Position numbers and translations under genes: made by a program
Shown: positions 40,182 through 54,354 of the stretch, piece after piece
How positions within the stretch are numbered: position 1 is the stretch's first letter
Layout of the letters: every line of letters begins with the position of its first letter
Notes under the pieces: generated by a model
Database searches by the model: none
Seen by the model: only the letters and a program-made list of their open reading frames with translations
What the model was told of the DNA's origin: nothing
NCBI RefSeq assembly: GCF_006345805.1
Contig: NC_042998.1
Coordinates: 78,802,001 to 78,866,000, forward strand
DNA from: Octopus sinensis
Taxonomy: Eukaryota
DNA length: 64,000 bases
Reading direction: 5' to 3'

Positions 40182-40779
40182 CTTGTGTCTATAAATGCTC
40201 TAATATCTATACAGCCTTGGTTTTTTATCTCATTACGCAAAAAATTCTTATATACACACACTGACATAGAACCAATGTTGATTGTAATTAGAGTCACTTT
40301 GAAACAAAAGTTATGCAATAGAATTGCTTAAGAACCTTTCCTTCAAGTGTGTTCCAAAAATCATATTAATATGTCGATAAATAAAATGCAAATACATAGT
40401 TGCACTATACTAAATACCCTTTGACAGCTGTTGTTTTTCATCCCACAAGGTATCCGAAAATCCCCTTTCTTACCAAGGAGATTTAATGGGGTTAGCACTT
40501 CAGTTGCCATTGACTCAGCCATGCACAGGTTGTGCTCACAGGGCTACCAATATCAAGTACCTTATCAGAACTGTAACCTAAACAAACACAGATGCACACA
40601 CAAGCACTCACACACACACACACGTGTGTGTGTGTGTGAGAATGTGCATATGTGTGTAAATATATAAGTATAGCTGAGGGATATCTACCATGTTTTTGCC
40701 AATTGCTCTTTGATGCCATGTAATCACAAGCGAACGAAGATACCTTCTCACAACAGCTGAAGAGAAGGAGGCTGCACCA

Positions 40780-40940
40780 GCATTCAGTTGGTACTTATTT
40801 TCAGCTGAATAAACTAGAGTAATATGAAATGAAGAGTCACACTCAAAGACACAATATTCTGCTCATTCTAGGAGTCAACCTCCCCCATCACCGACCTTAT
40901 GATTGTGAACTGAATATCCTCACATGTAGGCCATGTGCTT
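40780..40940 (-). mobile_element. Old tRNA/CORE-type SINE remnant
   Basis: GGTACTTATTTTCAGCTGAATAAACTAGAGTAATATGAAATGAAGAGTCACACTCAAAGACACAA resembles a reverse-oriented CORE-type SINE body. Confidence 0.45.
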
Positions 40941-41624
40941 TCTCTCTCTCTCTCTCTCTTTCTTTCCCCCCTCCCTCTCACACACACAAATACATGCTAC
41001 TGAAATGTGAAAGATTTGGTCATCTGTAGAAAAAACTTAGTGATATTACATTTTTAAGCATGTGTGTTAGTATATGCATGTGTGAATGATCAGTGAGTGG
41101 AAAAAACTAAACAGTGTCTGATATTGGCTAGACAAGCTGTAGGTCCTAACAGCTAATTAACTGAGATCTTGGCTTTAGTGTAAGGTGGGAATGGGTCAGG
41201 AGTGCTCAATGAAAAAAAAAAAAGAAAGAAAAAGAACAAAAGCAGACTATTATATAACATCAACAATAGTAACAAGAGCAATAACAGTAACCACAGCAAC
41301 AATAACAACAACAGTGACAATAAAATCAGCAGTAGTAACATCTGGCTGGTCATTAACTTAGTTTATGAGATTTAACAGTCAGAGCATTGGCCAACCGAAA
41401 CCTAATCTCCTGCAACAACAAAAATAACAACACACACTCTTTCTCTCTCTCAGTCACTCTCTCTTTCTCACTCTCACTCATAGATATTATTTTAGTCTTT
41501 TACTTGTTTCATTCATTGAACTTCAGCCATACTTGTAGAACATGCCTTTAGTATTGTCTCCAGTAGTAATATTAGTCTGGTATTTTATTGATTGCTATTT
41601 GTCAAACTGATATGTTATAGAATA

Positions 41625-41965
41625 TAGCCAACACCCCCTGACTGGTTCTCATGCTGGTGGCACATAAAAAGCACCATCCAAACATGGCCAATTCCAGTAC
41701 CCCCTGATTGGCCCCCGTGCCGATGGCACATAAAAAGCTCTATCTGAATGTGATTGATGCTACGCCTGCCTGACTGGCTCCTGTGCTGGTGGCATGTAAA
41801 AAGCACCCACTCCACTCTCAGAGTGGTTGGTGTTAGAAAGGGCATCCAGCTGTAGAAACATTGCCAGATCAGGTAGGAACCTGGTGCAGCTGCTGGCTCT
41901 CCAGACCTCAGTCAAACCATCCAACCCATGCCAACATGGAAAATGGACGTTAAACAATGATGATG
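41625..41965 (+). mobile_element. Family C SINE-like retroposon
   Basis: GGTGGCACATAAAAAGCACC units and the shared 3' end with a GAT tail. Confidence 0.8.
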
Positions 41966-43489
41966 GTTTTGTTTTGACTTGTGTAAATGTAAATACAGAC
42001 ATGAAATGGACATGTACGATAGGTCTTAGTGCAGTTTCTCTCTACCAAGTTTACTGTCAAGACACTGGTCAACATACCTTCACCATGTGTAAAGTTAGTC
42101 AATGTGTGGTCGAATGTCCTTGGAATTACAACCAAATCTCCTTCAAATCCCAGACATGAAAGACATATTGAATAATGAAGTTACAAGCCGAAAGTGTATT
42201 TAATTTTGGCTGATGTCTGTCTCTAATTGTATTTCTTTATGTATTATTTACTCATTGGTATTCCATTGTTGGGGCAGAGGAAGCAGAGAAATCTCTCAAT
42301 CAAAAGACAAAGAAAAAAAATTAGAAAAAAATTGTGAGGAGGCTCTTAAAGAAATTAGAAAGAAATTGTGTTGTACCTGAAAGACTGGATGAATTTCATA
42401 CTTTTTCAAGGGATTATAACCAAAGAGAAAAATTAAACAATCACATACTCAGGTCAGTAATAGTGTTGTTGTTGTTGTTGTTTGTTCCTTCTCGAGTCAT
42501 GCCTGGCTCATTAGGGCTGGCTTCCTGGTTTCATTGGCATATAGGTTCTCCACCTTGATGGGACAGTGGTCCATCGCAGGTGAGCTGCTAGATGCTGGAG
42601 GAAAGAGTGAGAGAAAGTTGTGGCAAGAGACTCTAACCACTAGGCCAATGTGCCTCCATTGGTCAGTAATAGTACAGGACTTTTATGCAGAAATTTTGAA
42701 ACAATCATTCAGACAAGACTAACACAAGATAACTTAGCATCTACTAATGCATCTGGAAATATTCCTAGAACTACTGTCTTTATAAGGAATAAAATGGATT
42801 ATACAAGAAATATAAACTTTATCTTAAGGAAATTCACCTTTTAGAATATACCGAGAAATCAAAACAAAGTGGAAGTCTATAGATATTGGTCAACCTCAAC
42901 TCTATGGCTTGCACCAAGGAAGTTACATCTTAGAATTATAAATGAAGCACCAGAATATCAGGGGAAAAAAAACTATACCAAAAATTGTAGCTTTATAAAA
43001 TGAATAAAAGAAATGGGATTAACAAAACCTGTGAGCAGATGCAAAGGAAGAGAAGTACAAAGAAAATGATGAGAAAATGAGAACTGAGATCTCCTCCCAA
43101 CAAACTTATGAGAAATTATGAAGGCAAGAATGCAAGAACAAAGAGGTGAAAATTGATTTTTAACCTTTGATGATGAATTTATAAACAAATACACTTTCAG
43201 AAGTTTATTCTTAAAGATTAACAACAGTATGAAAAATTATACTGAAACTATTCAATGAATACAACGCCATGGTCTAATTACCAAAGAAAATTTCAAAGAA
43301 AGCTACAGTTAGACTTGCAGAACAATCGTTTTAAGAAAAAAATAATGACAAACCTTAAGTAAAAAACAAAAATGAAAACTGATATAAAATAATGTAGCCA
43401 TTGAGGAATTTTGGAACATATTTCAACAATTCCAACTGGAACAGCAGAAACAAGACAACAAAATCCAAATGTACCCGAAACAATGGACA

Positions 43490-44320
43490 CATTTGATTGA
43501 TTTAGAATTAGACAAAGATATTGTTATCAAAGAAGTTGATAACAAAAGTTCTATTGTTAGGGACACAAATATTATACAAATATTGTACTGAATATTCTAT
43601 AGGACAGTACACTTATGAGAAAGCCAGAACCTACTTTCTCACATTTGTATAAAAACTTTTAAACAGATAATGAATTAGATTACATTACAAATGTTAAACA
43701 GAAAGGGGTATCATCTATGGATTACCAAAATAAACAAAACTAATCATTGAATCATGTGAAAAGATAAGGACTAGTTTTTTTAATATGCCATCATTTAATG
43801 TTCTAAAATCTAGACACATTGCAGCACACCTGATATGCAAGATATATTATTTAAATACTTTTCTAGACATTTTGTTGAAACCTTTCCTGAAACAAATGCA
43901 GAGCTTTATAAGAGATCTTAGCATGTTTAACTATCAAGTATATGAAAATACTTCTATTACTTTGTTTGATGTTATAAACTTATATAATAATATTCCACAC
44001 AATTACAGAATCAAAGCTATTAAAACTGGCTTGGTTCAGTTACTTATGAATTACCCAACTATATTGATAAGAATTCTATTATAGATTGACTTCAATTCAT
44101 TTTAGAAAATCACAACTACATACTCAGTGAGGCAGCTTACCTACAAAGAGCCAGGTACATCCATAGGTAGCAAAGATTTGTTGACTTACGAGAACCTAGT
44201 TTTGGGATGTTGTGAAATAAAAAATCCATGAATGAATCCTCACACATATTTGAAAAAAAAAATTTCAGTAGTTATTTGAAGGAAGGATTGAAACGATACC
44301 TGGATGACTGCTTCTAGTTA
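43490..44320 (+). pseudogene. Penelope-like element reverse transcriptase remnant
   Basis: Broken frames give DKDIVIKEVD, YGLPK, KSRHIAA..FLDILLKPFLKQMQSFIRD, LFDVINLYNNIPH, FILEN and RYLDDCF (44294-44314), in PLE RT motif order. May extend upstream to about 42680. No GIY-YIG domain seen. Confidence 0.82.
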
Positions 44321-44984
44321 GTCAATCATCTGAGCTACCCACACACTAATAGTTCCATCTAATGAACATCATTTGTTTCTTTCACTAAAATGTTATACCT
44401 TGAGATTGGGAACAGGAATTCACAACAGTACGCACTGCAATATGCAAGCCACAAGCTTATTTCAGCAATACTATGCAACAAATGATATATACCCACTGTA
44501 ATATATATATATATATATATTTATATATATTTATATAATGTAATCTACTCTTTATATATTGCAACATGCAAGCCAATTACTTAGTTCCCATTATCAGCTA
44601 AGGATCTTAATTGCCAGCTGTAGCTCTATATTATCTTTAAACATATCTATTCCATTTAATGTGTGCAAAAAACTGTGAATAATGAGTGGGACATATTAGT
44701 TTTATCTTTCAGGATGACCTCTTTTTGTTTGTAATTTCTATTTTCTCTTTGGAGTTGCAGTTGGTTGGGATAGATGACATTTTCGTTTGTCATGCCTTTT
44801 CCATATTCTGGAATGCTTTTGCACCCCGGCACATTGACAAAATAAATTCATTCAGATGGTTAGCAATGACTTTGTCACCTACTTGCTTTAACTTCTTGGC
44901 CATATACATGTAGTTTCCGCCTTCTGTCTCCTCCTCCTTCTCCTTTGTTTCTGAACTAACTGTCTACTCAGGAGAATTCATCTA

Positions 44985-45250
44985 CAAAGCAATTGCCCCA
45001 GTTCCCCTTCAGGGTTGGTGAAAGCGATGTGGTGGACAATGAAAAACCTGGCTGATGACAGTCAAGGCTGATCTGGAACCCAACCTAGGCCTCCATATCT
45101 ACAGCGTTCACCGTTGGAATAAGGAGTGGTTGGAGATCACACGGTCGTTAGCCTCAAATCGCCAGGTCTGGTTGGTGTTTGTGAGAGATGCAGCATTGAG
45201 GATGAATGAAGCCAGCTCAACCCACCTCGGGTGAATGCTGTCTCAAGACA
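44985..45250 (+). mobile_element. RTE-clade LINE 3' end fragment (second family)
   Basis: Translates GW*KRCGGQ*KTWLMTVKADLEP..RWNKEWLEITRSLASNRQVW..VRD. Confidence 0.75.
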
Positions 45251-45731
45251 AAAGAAGACCCTAGTTTATCAAGCACTCTCTTCTATTTCCCCTGTTTAGA
45301 TTACTGAGTATTTTTTTTATTTACAGTATACAAGGCACTTCCTTCCTGTACTGGTGCCAAGACAGAAAATTTGCCCCACTTCAAGGGTGATTGGTAAATG
45401 AGAAAACCTCACTACACTTTGTACACACTTTAAAGTGGTAGCAGACAAGTAAGAAAAGCATATGATGGCTCTTTAGTTCTGTTTTGCTAAAGATTATTCA
45501 GCTTCTCTCTAATATTGGTGTGACAAGGGAATCTACCTAGTGCAGTCTGTAAAGTAGTTGGTGATAGGGAGGACATCCAGCTATACTAACAAAACATATA
45601 ACACATACGATCACCAGTTTATGAAAGCAACAGCTCCCAATAAGAAATGACTCAGAATGTGACGACTTGTCCACCCAATGCTAGCATAGAAAATGACTGT
45701 CAGATGATGATGATATTAATACACATACATG

Positions 45732-45762
<31 letters not shown>

Positions 45763-46279
45763 TATATATATATATATATATACATACATGCATACACGCA
45801 CATACGTAAACATACTTATATATATAAGCTTAGTATGATACTGGTATCATTACAGAAACAATCTACCGCCCTTGCTTTTATTGAATGATATTAAACATTA
45901 AGCAATGATGGAGGAGGTATGAGAGGCACAACATAGAATGAGACAAGCTTCATCCAATCCATTTAGGATTTTCTTCAAAATGCTGACTTTGACAGGAAGT
46001 GAAATGCTTGCTCTTATCCTTGCTTTCATTTCGTTTACTTCATTTTTCTTTTTTTAACATTGTGGCAGGTGTTTCTGTATAAACTTTTTGTTCATTGTGA
46101 GTTGTAATCTATAAAAACAAGATGCACAGTCAGCAAAATACACCCAGCTCATCTGACCCACCTTCTTCCCTTCTTTCTCTAAAAGAAAACATCATATAAA
46201 CAAAAAGAAAATCGATAGAATTATCAATGTCATTGCCAAGATTTTTATTATCATAGTAACACATTTATTATTATTATTA

Positions 46280-46312
<33 letters not shown>

Positions 46313-47208
46313 CATCATCATCATGTGGTTTTTCTTTTACATTTTGAATTCAACTCCTACTGAGGCTAACTTTGCCATTCAGCCTTCCAGATTCCATAAC
46401 AAAGTACCAGTCTGTTAATTTGATCAACTATACCCATCGCCTGAATTTTGATGCCTACCTCAGAAATAACAACAATTATTATTATCATCGCTATCATCAT
46501 CTTCTCCATCATCAGACAAAGGCTCTATGCAGTTTGCTCAACCCACTAAAAATAGCAAGCAATCTCCTATCCCAACCTTCCAGTTTTTAGAAAAAAGTGA
46601 ATTGTTTAATTAGATAATGTAGACCTGGCTGCATAGTGCTTAGCCAAACGATATGATAGTTAGTACCAGATAGAATTTTATGATCTTAGATAAACTTGAT
46701 CATCTAAGGCTAAACAACATCATCATATTTGAAAGTTGCACATCATACATAAATATTACAACTATGGGGAATTTATGAAAATTGCAGCCAAATCACTTTC
46801 AAATTACACTTTGCCTTCTTGAAAAAGAATGCTACATTGGATTATGTAGTTCCAGATTCCTATCCATGCAAAAATAGAAACACAAGCAAGTTTCTACCTA
46901 GACCATAAACTTGTTTCATCCATCTTACTATCAAAGATGAAATTGGAAATTCTGGTTCATAAGCCTCAGGGGCTGACCAAACCACAAACAAAGGCATTAA
47001 AAAAAAAAATTAAGTTTGAATGCATTACTGCATTTATAAACATCTCCAACTATCAACATTAACAAATCTTGAAAATCTGAAAACTGGGCAAAATTACTAT
47101 TCTTAAAGCTGAACAAAAACAAAAAACCCTATCCACAGCAATATCATAGAGACTCATCACTAGGGCTGACTGATGCTACACAGCATCAATATTAACTAGC
47201 TTTTTTCA

Positions 47209-47420
47209 AGGCAGCAAACTGTCAGAATTGTTAGCACACTGAATAAAATGCTTAGTGGCATTTCATAACTTAATGTCCCAAGTTCTAATTCCACTGAGGT
47301 CGACTTTGCCTTTCGTCCTTTTGGGATCAATAAACTAAGTACCAGTTGAGTACTAGTGTCAATGTAATCGACTTACTCATCCCCCGAAATTGCTGGCCTT
47401 GTGCCAAAATTTGAAATCAA
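47209..47420 (+). mobile_element. Family B SINE
   Basis: GAGGTCGACTTTGCCTTTCGTCCTTTTGGGATCAATAAACTAAGTACCAGT core. Confidence 0.75.
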
Positions 47421-48383
47421 TATTAACCAGCTTTTTCTATAGATTCAAAATTAATTTGAGAAAACTAGTTGTGGTTTAAATAAGCAAACATTATTTAGTT
47501 AAGTTTGTATACCAAAGAAAACTGACGTTGCAGAATTGCTCTTCTTTTGATAGTATGTCAGTTATAAGACATCTGTACCTTGCTTTGAAAACAAGGTAGA
47601 ACTTACATTTTCTCTATCTTTGTCATATAGCTTGACATGAAATCATTTCTAACACTTCATCACTGAGCTGCCATTTATGATGTGTGTCTTTGTCACTCTC
47701 TTCTCTACCACTTCCTTCCATGACTGTTTAAATGTAGTAAGTGGATTTTGAAATTTAGATTTCAGATATTTCAAACTGAAAACATAGTGTTTAACATTTT
47801 AAGAGAAAAGGTCTGGTCCAGCTTAAGTATCTCTTTAGTTTCTTTATTGTTGTTGTTGTTGTTGTCATCACTATTATTGTTTATGCTGCTGATTTTTTTG
47901 TAGATGAATTGGCAAACAACTTCGAATCTAAATCATGTTTTTGGTGACCATCTTCTTTCTTCGGTGAAACAGCTTCCTAATTTGATTATTAGTATTATTG
48001 TTATTATTATTATTAATAATGATGATAATAATAATAATAATAATAACAAATCCCTTATTTTGGCACAGGGCCAGCAATTTTGTGGGAAGAGAAGTCAATT
48101 TCATTGATCTTAGTGCTCAACTAGTACTTATTTTTTGAACCCCCTAAAGATGAAGTTGACCTTGGTAGAATCTGAACTTAAATCATTACAGCATTCCAGA
48201 TGCCAATTTGGTGCCATTTGACACAGGACACAGCTCTGTCAAAGAGACAAGCTGTGAGAAAGCATACCTTGTCAAAGACAACTGCTTGTGCTCAGTGCCT
48301 AGAATTTTCTGCGGTTGCTGCAGTCTCAATGCATGTCTCCACGCTATCAGCCACTGTATGCTGAGCTCTGTGTAAAGGGTATT

Positions 48384-48618
48384 TTAAGGTGGCAAGCTGG
48401 CAGAAGCGTTAGTACGCCGGGCGAAATGCTTAGCAATATTTCGTCTGCCGTTATGTTCTGAGTTCAAATTCCGCCGAGGTTGACTTTGCCTTTCATCCTT
48501 TTGGTGTCGATAAATTAAGTACCAGTTACGCACTGGTGTCGATATAATTGACTTAATCCGTTTGTCTACACTTGTTTGTCCCCTCTGTGTTAAACTCCTT
48601 GTGGGTAGTAAAGAAATA
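48384..48618 (+). mobile_element. Family B SINE with GGTATT TSD
   Basis: Colinear with 15831-16063. GGTATT at 48378-48383 and 48619-48624. Confidence 0.85.
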
Positions 48619-50959
48619 GGTATTGGTGCCACATTGACTACCAGACTAATGGAATGCTTTCCTTCCACAAGAAGTAAAAGAGCTGGTGTTCCAATCTGAT
48701 CAGGCAAAACCTGGTGCAAGGCCCAACATTCAGGTGATGATATATGACAAAAGTGATTATGTGCTTTCTACCTATTACCAACCTTGCAGCAATGACTTCC
48801 TCTCAGCTTATTTCTGAGTGAGACTGGCCATCCTGCTTATCATTTCGTTCTAGTTCCTATCTACTCTGAACCCTTGACTTATCTAGAAACGTTGTGTTAA
48901 CGACAAACAAGATGAGGAAAAATATCCGTCAAATGTAAATAATGTACATAATTCCTCATCTCTTAAATATAGAATTGTTGTAACTAACCAGTCTGATCAC
49001 AGAACAGATGCAGCTGTACATTGAAGCCTAGCCTCAATTTTGTAAATGTAAGCAATTTTGTAAATGAGGATGATTGCAACAATAAGCATAATGATTTTAA
49101 ATGTAGTGATAACATTGACAAGGGCAGAAGCAGTGATTATGAATAATTATGAGATGATAATGATTACAACAGTTTGACATCATTATCACTATCATCATAG
49201 TTATTCTCATCTTTGTCATCATCTTAATAGGAACTAAAAGTGTTGCTTTTTAAGAAGAAACTAAAAGCTGCGTAGATGAAGGAGTCTTGTCATCATTATG
49301 TTTGATACTTAATGGAAGTTATAATACATAAGATACTGTTTGTGATAACATCAACTTCTCTGATATTGGTATTGGCTGATGATGATGATGGCAGTGATAA
49401 TGTTGATTCCTCTCACTAACAGAAGACCACATATTTATTAAAGAAGAGTTTTAATCAATTAAATCAGCCTTAGTCTATGCTTGATATTTTTTTTCTTGAC
49501 AACTGTAAAGTGACAAAAAGCAAAGTTTGTCTTGGTTGGATATTGAATTTCAAATGTTCTATTCCAAGAATTCACTACTCTCAAACCAACAAGAGTGGTC
49601 CCTACTTAGTCACTTAACCTTCTAGAAATAATAGCCAAATCTTTCTTAAAAGACATTGAATAAAGTTGTACTGGGTACACTGTGGAAAAAGAAAAGACAG
49701 GGATGTGAATGATTGTGTTGGCTGTTCAGTAGGGCTGACCTGGAGCTAAACAATACCTAATTTGCAGTATCTGGTGAGAAAAATAAATAATGGTTATAAG
49801 TTGCTAATTCTGCTTTTAGTCAAAGATATGTCACTTATTTTAGATTGTAATTATTCTCAGTGTATGTTTTATCTTATTTTCATATTTATATAGTGTAATG
49901 TGTTTCAGTTGATGTAATTACTTGAGTATCTAACCAGTTTCCAGAGTTGTTGACTCTGATGCTGTGTTGTTGTTTAACATTATCTACCAAGTACAATCAT
50001 CAAATTGCACTCAGCCTTTTCAGAAAAGTCATTCCAGAGATTCTCCATATTTGCATAACTTGCTTAGAGTAGAGGCCAAATTTCCATTAACAAACTCACT
50101 ACAATTGAGAGTAGATGTTTTAAGCCTTAAACTTGGAATTTTATATTTTTCAATAAAGATCAGATGATTAGGGAGAAAAGTGCATTATCTCAAGGGGTAC
50201 CTCTTGAGTAATGATGTTTGTTCAAATTGAGCTAACAATGAGAGTTTGTACAGAAGTTCTTCAACAGTTACTATCTATTCTCAGTGTATCCAGATATAGG
50301 GACAAGATGGAACATGGCACTATTTTGTGATTTTTAGAAACACAGTCAAAAATTAGACAAAAACTACATAACATTCACAAGAGTAAATGAATTCAGTAGG
50401 TAAATATAAACATTAAAAACCCAAGAAAAAGCATGTGAGCTTGACAATTTTGTTAGGTTTCATTCTGCTTTGGTATAGTCAGGACCATGTATGGTCTCTG
50501 AGGTAACTTCTAAATACATGCAGTTAATCAGAATTAACCAGCTAGTGCTGCTTATTGGACAATAGGTGTATGAGAATAATTACATTACTTACTATATAGT
50601 ATACAAATTATATAATGTGTGTGTAGTAGATGTGCAGGTACAATAAACATTTAGAATGTACAGAAAATACACTCCCTCATATGTCTGGGGGGGGTGGTCC
50701 TTAGGAGTAGTAGATAGTTTCCATTACCTTGTCAACCATGCCATAACAGACAATTGTAGCTTTCTCAGAGAGTTTACCTTCTTATAAGAATGAAGTTCTT
50801 ACAAGAACTAGGGGTCCTTCAATCACAGTGGTTCACATGCCAGTAAATCCATAGCTGGAGCTTTGACTGATGTTACTACTCAGAGTAGTCCTAAAGACAG
50901 TAGTGGTTAAGAGGTGTGTGTATACATATATATTTATGTGTTTACCTGTATGAAATAAG

Positions 50960-51500
50960 AACTCTCCAACTCAGAGTTTCACATACAGGAATATTGAATA
51001 AATATCAGGCAATACCTTACACAAACATTAGCATCTTATATGAATTGTTATTTTCAATAGTCTTTGAAGATTCTAGTGGTATTAGCAATGTCACCATCAT
51101 TAGAAATTTTACATCTGAATTTCCATATTGTTGGTTGTATCATCACAGTCTGAGTCAGTTATTTGAGTCACTGATTTTGTGCATGTTTGGGGACAATATC
51201 TCACTTGTATACTTCATATTTGGCATCTACCCATTGGTGGATCCCCTTCCTATTCACTTTACATGTTTAAATGTTTGTGTCCCATTACCAGTGTTATTAG
51301 AGTGTCACGGTCTGTTAGTAATCTATGGGGTTTCCCAACAGTCATGTAAGTATCCCAAGAGCTTTGTTCATACTTCTGTTAAAATGTCATCACAGATTAT
51401 CAACAGAGATAACACCATGGTCTTCTTCATTTAACACACCTTTTGCTTGGTTATGGCAATTGTTCTTGAATACATTAGTGGCCAAGAGAGGAAAGTGAAA
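50960..51500 (+). mobile_element. Possible very old non-LTR RT remnant
   Basis: ORF 50916-51434 has LYELLFSIVF, MFGDNISLV (FADD-like) and IINRDNTMVF in RT-like order. Weak. Confidence 0.3.
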
Positions 51501-51812
51501 AAGAAGTAGAGATGTGGACATGTCTAAATGAGGATACTTATAGTGAATGTTCATGATGCTGATGGTGGTGCTAATTTTACAGATGGAGTAAGGTAAATGG
51601 CTGGGAGGTGAATGTGAGTAGTAAAACATTTTAGGTTGCCATGTAGGCATCAACTTCTCTTGCTAAATAGATGGCCTTTAACAGTTTATTACTCAAAAAT
51701 CATCATTATAATTTTTATAATAATCAATACAACAATGTGGTCAACATCAGTATTGTTATCAATCTTACAATAATGACTGTTGTTTGAATGATCATTATCA
51801 TTAGTATAAGCA

Positions 51813-52022
51813 CTTATTTCATTATTGCCCACAAGGGGCTAAACATAGAGGGGACAAACAAGGACAGACTTCAGTGTGTAACTGGTACTTAACTTATCAA
51901 CCCCGAAAGGATGAAAGGCAAAGTTGACCTCTGTGGAATTTGAACTCAGAACGTAATGGGAGACGAAATAACGCTAAGTATTTTGCCCGGCGTGCTAACG
52001 TTTCTGCCAGCTTGCCGCCTTT
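51813..52022 (-). mobile_element. Family B SINE
   Basis: Reverse complement of the 15831 copy. TCATTAGTATAAGCA is duplicated at 51798-51812 and 52031-52045. Confidence 0.85.
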
Positions 52023-53271
52023 AGTAGTGCTCATTAGTATAAGCATTATCACTACAATCACTATCATCAGTAACCATCTTTTGATCATCATCATGTTCTT
52101 TAGTTATTGCTCACTAACATGTATTATATACAGACTTCCTCATATTTTGATAATCATCATCATTACCTGATCATCCTTCTCATCCATCCTTTTTGCCAAT
52201 CATTATTGTTCACGCTGTTGCTATTGTTGTGTTCCAGTGCATTATACTACTAAAGATGTGAACTGAAGACTGATCTGGAGTTTTGAAGAAAGTTCACATA
52301 TCCTATTCCACACAAATACTTGAACTTAGCAGGCTTACATAACACACATTAGTTGTCTGCATATTGCTTTGTCTGTGTCTCTGAATAAGTTATAGTTGCT
52401 GTTGTTTAGCTCTAAGTTAGCCCTTGTCAGATACACCTAAGATCAAAAGCATTCAAAATGACTACATTATCGAATGTATACCTTTTTTATAAGGTGGTAG
52501 GTGTGATTTATGGGAAGTTTATCTATTTTTTCTAACAGATCAAGGGACTCTGTGTGTAAATGCATTAATTAGTTTACATCTGTACAAATGTGTATACATT
52601 GTAAGCAAAAGGTACACTTTGCCTGGTAGAATCTTAATATAACTTTCCCCAGCTCCTTTTTTATTCCTCACAGAGCCGAAACATGTTATAACCACATTGT
52701 TCACTTTTTTTTTACAGTAATACTAACTTTGTTTTATAAGAAGGACCTGGCATTGAAAATTATGAGTGAATATGTTTGAAAAATGATTTTCTTAAAAAGT
52801 GATTAATTATTCAAAAATCTTTAAAAGAATGAAGATTAACTCAGAGCTGATGGAAGGAAGTTTGTGTAAGCATTTACATAAAAACTTCCATCAGATTTTT
52901 ATTTTATACAATTAATAAATTTTAATTTAAGAAAATTTTTTTTTAAATATTGTGACTATATCAAAATAAAATGTGATGCATATATGTGTGTGTGTGAGTG
53001 TGTGTGCCTGTGAGTTTGCTTGTGTGTGTTTATGCCTGTTTTTGTCCTCCTCCCCATCACCACTTAACAACTGGTGTTGGTGCATCTGTCTTGTATCCTA
53101 GTGGTTTAACAAAAGAACAAAACTGACTGATAGAATAAGTGCAAAGCTTAAAAAATTATCACTGGGGTTGATACGTTGGACTAAAATTCTTCAAGGCTGT
53201 GACCCACAAACAAGTAAAAGAAAAGATAAAAGATACACATGTACATATGTTTGAGTTTGTGTATGTGTGTT

Positions 53272-53307
<36 letters not shown>

Positions 53308-53308
53308 C

Positions 53309-53359
53309 ATATCATCATCATCATCATTTAATGTCCGGCTTCCATGCTGGCATAGGTAG

Positions 53360-53393
<34 letters not shown>

Positions 53394-53906
53394 TCGTTTA
53401 ACGTCCGCTTTCCATGCTAGCATGGGTTGAACTATTTGACTGGGGACTAGCGAACCAGATGACCACACCAGGCTTCAATCTGATCTGGCAGAGTTTCTAC
53501 AGCTGGATGCCCTTCCTAATGCCAACCACTCCGAGAGTGTAGTGGGTGCTTTTACATGCCTATTTCTTTTCTTCCCACAATGGGCTAAACACAGAGAGGA
53601 CAAACAAATGGATCAAGTCGATTACATCGACCCTAGTGCATAACTGGTACTTGTTTAATCGACCCCGAAAGGATGAAAGGCAAAGTTGACCTTGACGGAA
53701 TTTGAACTCAGAACGTAGCAGCAGACGAAATACTGCTAAGTATTTCACCCGGCTTGCTAACCATTCTGCCAGCTCGCCGCCTTACATGCTACCGGCATGA
53801 GGGCCAGTCAGGCGGTACTGGCAACGGCCATGCTCAAATGGTGTTTTTTATGTGTCACCTGCACAGGAACCAGTCCAGCAGCACTGGCAATGACCTCACT
53901 CAAATG

Positions 53907-53909
<3 letters not shown>
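53309..53909 (-). mobile_element. Family C copy in (TA)n, with duplicated tail and nested family B SINE
   Basis: Tail segment present twice (53309 and 53390), separated by (TA)n. The body resumes at 53782 after the insertion. Confidence 0.8.
53560..53781 (-). mobile_element. Family B SINE nested in family C, TSD TTACATGC
   Basis: TTACATGC at 53552-53559 and 53782-53789. Confidence 0.88.
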
Positions 53910-53946
<37 letters not shown>

Positions 53947-54354
53947 TTAGCATTTTAATGTCCACTTTTCCTTACTTACATAGGGCATAGTCTATTGAGG
54001 CAGATTTTCTATGATGCTCTTCCTTTCACCCTCACCTGATTCTTAGCATGGGTATAAAAACACATACACACATGTGTGCATGTGCATGCAGATGTCTGTG
54101 AATGTATTGTGTTTCTTTGTCTTGGTATTCCAGAGTAATTATAAATGAGCATCACTGTCATTTGTAATCTTCCAAGAAAACATGTTTAGCCATCATGTTG
54201 TTTATGTTTAAAGGACCAAGGGAAACTTTACCTTGCTTTGAAACAGGTGAGTGTTGGCCAAAGAGAGGGCATGCGTCTCTGAATTTTATCTTACCCATTT
54301 AAGTATGAAAAAATTGAATGTTAAAGCAATATAAAAATAAAAAATGAATATATA

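Larger units (their letters stand above)
39751..40281. repeat. Long inverted repeat (arms about 245 bp, spacer about 40 bp), probable inverted Penelope-like pLTR pair
   Basis: 39751-39997 is complementary to 40038-40281 with scattered mismatches. Each arm holds a hammerhead motif. Confidence 0.9.

Noticed and set aside
48190-48760. Possible Tc1/mariner N-terminal remnant around the 48384 SINE
   Set aside because: Only weak motif resemblance and no TIRs found.
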